Shown here piece after piece: positions 42,081-44,844 of a stretch of 44,844 bases of DNA. Each line of letters starts with the position of its first letter. Within the stretch, counting starts at the first letter, position 1. This DNA comes from an uncultured Microbacteriaceae bacterium. GTDB taxonomy: Bacteria; Actinomycetota; Actinomycetes; Actinomycetales; Microbacteriaceae. Both the position numbers and the translations under genes were made by a program. The DNA is taken from contig CAYTSH010000001.1 of NCBI GenBank assembly GCA_964440395.1, forward strand, positions 1 through 44,844. The letters run 5' to 3'. Below the pieces are notes generated by a model. That model saw only the letters and a list, made by a program, of their open reading frames with translations. It did not search any database and had not been told where the DNA came from.

Positions 42081-43478
42081 ATGAACGCAGCACCGCAGCC
42101 TCCAGGCACCCTCCCGACACGCGGGTGGGTCGCGCCCGCCGAGATGAGCGCGCCGTTGCGCGTGTTTGCGGTGCAGTATCGCATCAACATTGAGCACGCC
42201 GAGCATGCCGACAGCTTTGCCGCCGCGATGCGCGCCCTCATGGTGGAGCATGTGCAACCGTATCGGGTTGCCGGTCAGCCAACGCTCGTGGTGTTTCCGG
42301 AAGCAATCGGACTGCTCGCGCTGGCATTCGGGGAGCGCGGTGAACGTTTTCGTGATCGCGTGCGCACGGGTGGGGTGCCGTTTTCAGAACATCCGGTGGC
42401 GCTCCTTGACGCGCTGACGCAGCTCGCCGGTGAATACGCCCCGCAGCTTGCGGCGTACACCGAGCGTTTCGGCGCACTCGACCCACGCTCCGCGCTGTTC
42501 ACAGCGGCGTGCGACACGATCGTGTGCGGCTTTGCCAACACCTTCAGCGAACTTGCCCGGGAGTTTGGTGTGTTTGTGGTTGCCGGCGGGTACCTGCCTG
42601 ACGTGCACGAATCGAGCGAACCCGCACTCATTGAACGCTTTGGCGACCCGCACGCGCCAGCATCGACGGTGACGCTCGCCAGCGCGCCGGAAGTGTACAA
42701 CCAAACCTTCCTGTGGGCACCCCACTCGGTGCAGCCGTCCGACGTGCCCGGTTGGCGCCGCAACCTGCTGGCACACAACAAAAAAGTGCCGCTCACCGAG
42801 ATGGAACAAACACTGTTGGGCATCGTTGCCGGGCCGAGTCACGGCGAGGCTGGCCAGGAGCACGCCGGGCCGACCCGGGTTGCGGGTGTGCCCGTGGGCT
42901 TCGCCACCAGTTTGCCCGCGTTCGCCTACGGATACCCGTTCGGCGAACGGCCGGAACGCTTCGACCCGCTCGCCGATCTGAACGTCACATATGCCGCCGG
43001 GCAGGACGCGCTCGGGGTGCGGCTGATGATTCAGTCCGACGCGAATGCCGGTCCCTGGGCGTGGCCCGTAGCTTCGGGCGCCTGGCAGCCGCTTGAGTGG
43101 ATGTCCTCGGTGTGGCGGGCTGTCGCCGACCCCACGGTCGAGTTCGCCATGAACGTCACCCCAATGATGACCGGCGCACTGCTTGATGTCATGTTCGACG
43201 GGCAGTCATCCATCACCCGGCGGGGTGCGGCAGCACCCCCGCAGGCGTTTGTTGGCTGCGCCGAACAACACCCGAGCGACCCCGCAGAATATGCTGTCTA
43301 CGCCGGAACAAAACCAGAGTTCCTGGCACTCGCCCCCTGGGCGCCGTGGGCGCCAGCAACTGAAGATCGAGAGAAACTCATGCAACACACCGCTGCGCTC
43401 ATGCCGGGCTCTGGACACGCGCACGAAGGCCACTTTGTGCAGACCGTCATCTTCGCAGATGTCGTGGGTGTGTCATGA
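42081..43478 (+). CDS. Divergent carbon-nitrogen hydrolase (nitrilase-superfamily)-like protein
   Basis: AAGGA sits 9 nt upstream of the ATG at 42081. A Glu motif (TLVVFPEA) and a Lys motif (…YNQTFLW…HNKKVPLTEME) appear in the expected order. No Cys is seen at the expected nucleophile position (VGFATSLPAF). The assignment is by eye and tentative. Confidence 0.4.
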   Translation: MNAAPQPPGTLPTRGWVAPAEMSAPLRVFAVQYRINIEHAEHADSFAAAMRALMVEHVQPYRVAGQPTLVVFPEAIGLLALAFGERGERFRDRVRTGGVPFSEHPVALLDALTQLAGEYAPQLAAYTERFGALDPRSALFTAACDTIVCGFANTFSELAREFGVFVVAGGYLPDVHESSEPALIERFGDPHAPASTVTLASAPEVYNQTFLWAPHSVQPSDVPGWRRNLLAHNKKVPLTEMEQTLLGIVAGPSHGEAGQEHAGPTRVAGVPVGFATSLPAFAYGYPFGERPERFDPLADLNVTYAAGQDALGVRLMIQSDANAGPWAWPVASGAWQPLEWMSSVWRAVADPTVEFAMNVTPMMTGALLDVMFDGQSSITRRGAAAPPQAFVGCAEQHPSDPAEYAVYAGTKPEFLALAPWAPWAPATEDREKLMQHTAALMPGSGHAHEGHFVQTVIFADVVGVS

Positions 43479-44434
43479 GCGGGCAGTTGCTGCGTGACAG
43501 CATCTGGGGCTTTCCTATTATCGATTTTCACGCGCATTTTCCCGCACCCGACGATTTCGACGACTACGGCAACGAACGCTACATCGCCGAACACGGCCAA
43601 GAAAAGTTTGCGAAACTGCGCGAAGACTGGCGCTGGTATCAGGAACAGTGGTGGCAAAACTACGGGTTCGCCTTCCCCGAAGCCCAGGAACCCCCGGCGG
43701 CGGTGCAAGCAACCCGCTGGCAGGCCGAGATTGATTCGGCACAGCTCAGCGCCATCGCGTTCGTCTCCGGCGGGGGCAACGACGCGCTCGCGGCAACCGT
43801 GGCGGGGCGTGAACGCATGTTCGGCTTTGCCCACCACGATCCATTTGGGGTGGATGCTGCGGCTACGTTGCGTCGTGCCGTCACCCAGGACGGTCTGCGC
43901 GGCTACAAACTCGTGGCACCCGCACTGCGTGGCCCCATCGACCACCCCGACCTCTACCCGGTGTGGCGCGTTGCAGAAGAGTGCAACATTCCCGTGCTCA
44001 TCCACTTTGGTCCGGTGGACGGCGGCGGCGGGGTTGCATTCCACGAAAACATCAACCCACTGCGCCTGCACAACGTCGCCAAAGCGTTCACCTACACCAC
44101 GTTCGTGGTGCCGCACTTCGGCTGCGGCTACCCGCAAGAACTGCTGCACCTGGCGTGGGCGTGCCGAAACGTGATGGTCGACACGTCCGGCAACAACGAG
44201 TGGGTGCGCTGGATGCCCTACCCGCTGAGCGTGCCCGCACTGTTTCGCAAGTTTTATGAAACCATCGGCCCGGAACGAATCCTGTTCGGCTCCGATTCGT
44301 GTTCCTTCCCCCGCGGCCTTGCCCGCGCCTACTACACCGAACAGGTGCGGGCCGTGCGCGAAATGGGCATCCCCGAAACCGACCGGAACCTGATTTTCGC
44401 CGGAAACGCGGCACGACTGCTGGGGCTCACATGA
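43475..44434 (+). CDS. Amidohydrolase-2 family metal-dependent hydrolase (TIM-barrel fold)
   Basis: N-terminal metal-ligand motif: IIDFHAHFP. Later motifs: …VLIHFG…, …VVPHFGCGYP… and …ILFGSDS… ATGA overlap with the upstream gene. Confidence 0.7.
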   Translation: MSGQLLRDSIWGFPIIDFHAHFPAPDDFDDYGNERYIAEHGQEKFAKLREDWRWYQEQWWQNYGFAFPEAQEPPAAVQATRWQAEIDSAQLSAIAFVSGGGNDALAATVAGRERMFGFAHHDPFGVDAAATLRRAVTQDGLRGYKLVAPALRGPIDHPDLYPVWRVAEECNIPVLIHFGPVDGGGGVAFHENINPLRLHNVAKAFTYTTFVVPHFGCGYPQELLHLAWACRNVMVDTSGNNEWVRWMPYPLSVPALFRKFYETIGPERILFGSDSCSFPRGLARAYYTEQVRAVREMGIPETDRNLIFAGNAARLLGLT

Positions 44435-44844
44435 GCGAGCCGGCTGGGAGCGCGGCTGGGGGAACGGCCGGTGTTGGGCATCCCGAATCGTTAACCACGT
44501 TCGCACCAGAAATCACGAACCATCCGGTGCTGCACCCCACCGGCAACCTGCGCGTTGCGCTGCCAGAGCTGCACAGCAACGGTCACTGTGCGAGCCTCAA
44601 CGTGCTGTCCGAGGCGCAGCGAGGAGTGCTGGCGGCGATTGGTGACCCCGACCTTGGGTTGCTCAGCCCACAGATTCGGGTGGGTGCAGAACCGCTCGAG
44701 CCGGTGTGGCGCTGGCAGCAGACTTCCCCATGTCAACAAACGCCATGCTGCTGGCACTGCAGAAGAACGCCGAGCAGGTGGGTGGGTGGCAGGGAGAGAC
44801 TGCGACGACAGAGCGAGGTGGGGGAGGTGGTGGGTGGGTTGGTG
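44431..44844 (+). CDS. Possible third gene of the hydrolase operon (partial, runs off the window)
   Basis: The ATG at 44431 forms an ATGA overlap with the amidohydrolase stop. The frame stays open to the window end. The first ~95 codons have high GC3 (MSEPAGSAAGG…HPVLHPTGNLRVALPELH…). The last ~40 codons look non-coding (…CCWHCRR…), so a frame change or a different downstream start is possible. Confidence 0.25.
   Translation, partial: MSEPAGSAAGGTAGVGHPESLTTFAPEITNHPVLHPTGNLRVALPELHSNGHCASLNVLSEAQRGVLAAIGDPDLGLLSPQIRVGAEPLEPVWRWQQTSPCQQTPCCWHCRRTPSRWVGGRERLRRQSEVGEVVGGLV

Overview
This is a high-GC actinobacterial (Micrococcales-like) chromosomal core segment of about 35 genes. I found no rRNA, tRNA, CRISPR array or transposase.

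Gene order, left to right:
- A Dpp/Opp-type ABC importer (3' end of the binding protein, two permeases, a fused double ATPase).
- Cobalamin-dependent methionine synthase metH.
- A convergent 980-aa gene that fuses all ECF-transporter modules (T-A-A'-S).
- An AI-2E family transporter.
- The conserved actinobacterial block pyrG, Nudix, xerD ... parA-like, scpA, scpB, rluB, tyrA, cmk, der. About 3.9 kb is wedged between xerD and parA. It carries an alanine/glycine:cation symporter and an LAXTG-anchored HAF-repeat surface protein.
- On the minus strand, murT-gatD followed by two small orphan ORFs.
- Cardiolipin synthase, a GAP-like membrane protein, an SDR/DUF2867 protein and photolyase.
- An orphan charged protein.
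- A YtrA-type GntR + ABC ATPase + ABC-2 permease operon.
- A SHOCT-domain protein, ctaB and a GPH/MFS symporter.
- A tightly coupled operon of a divergent C-N hydrolase-like gene, an amidohydrolase and a third ORF that runs off the window.

Things worth a second look:
1. The orphan, translationally coupled two-gene cassette behind murT-gatD.
2. A near-perfect AT-rich Fur-type palindrome 18 nt upstream of the His-motif-rich HAF/LAXTG surface protein.
3. The all-in-one ECF fusion, whose second ATPase domain has no Walker B.
4. A 560-nt structured region upstream of pyrG, with twin 17-bp hairpins whose mismatches are mostly G-U on the plus strand, followed by a 23-nt tandem array.
5. An unusual density of in-frame minisatellites and intergenic tandem arrays.

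All functional calls come from motif recognition by eye. No searches were run.
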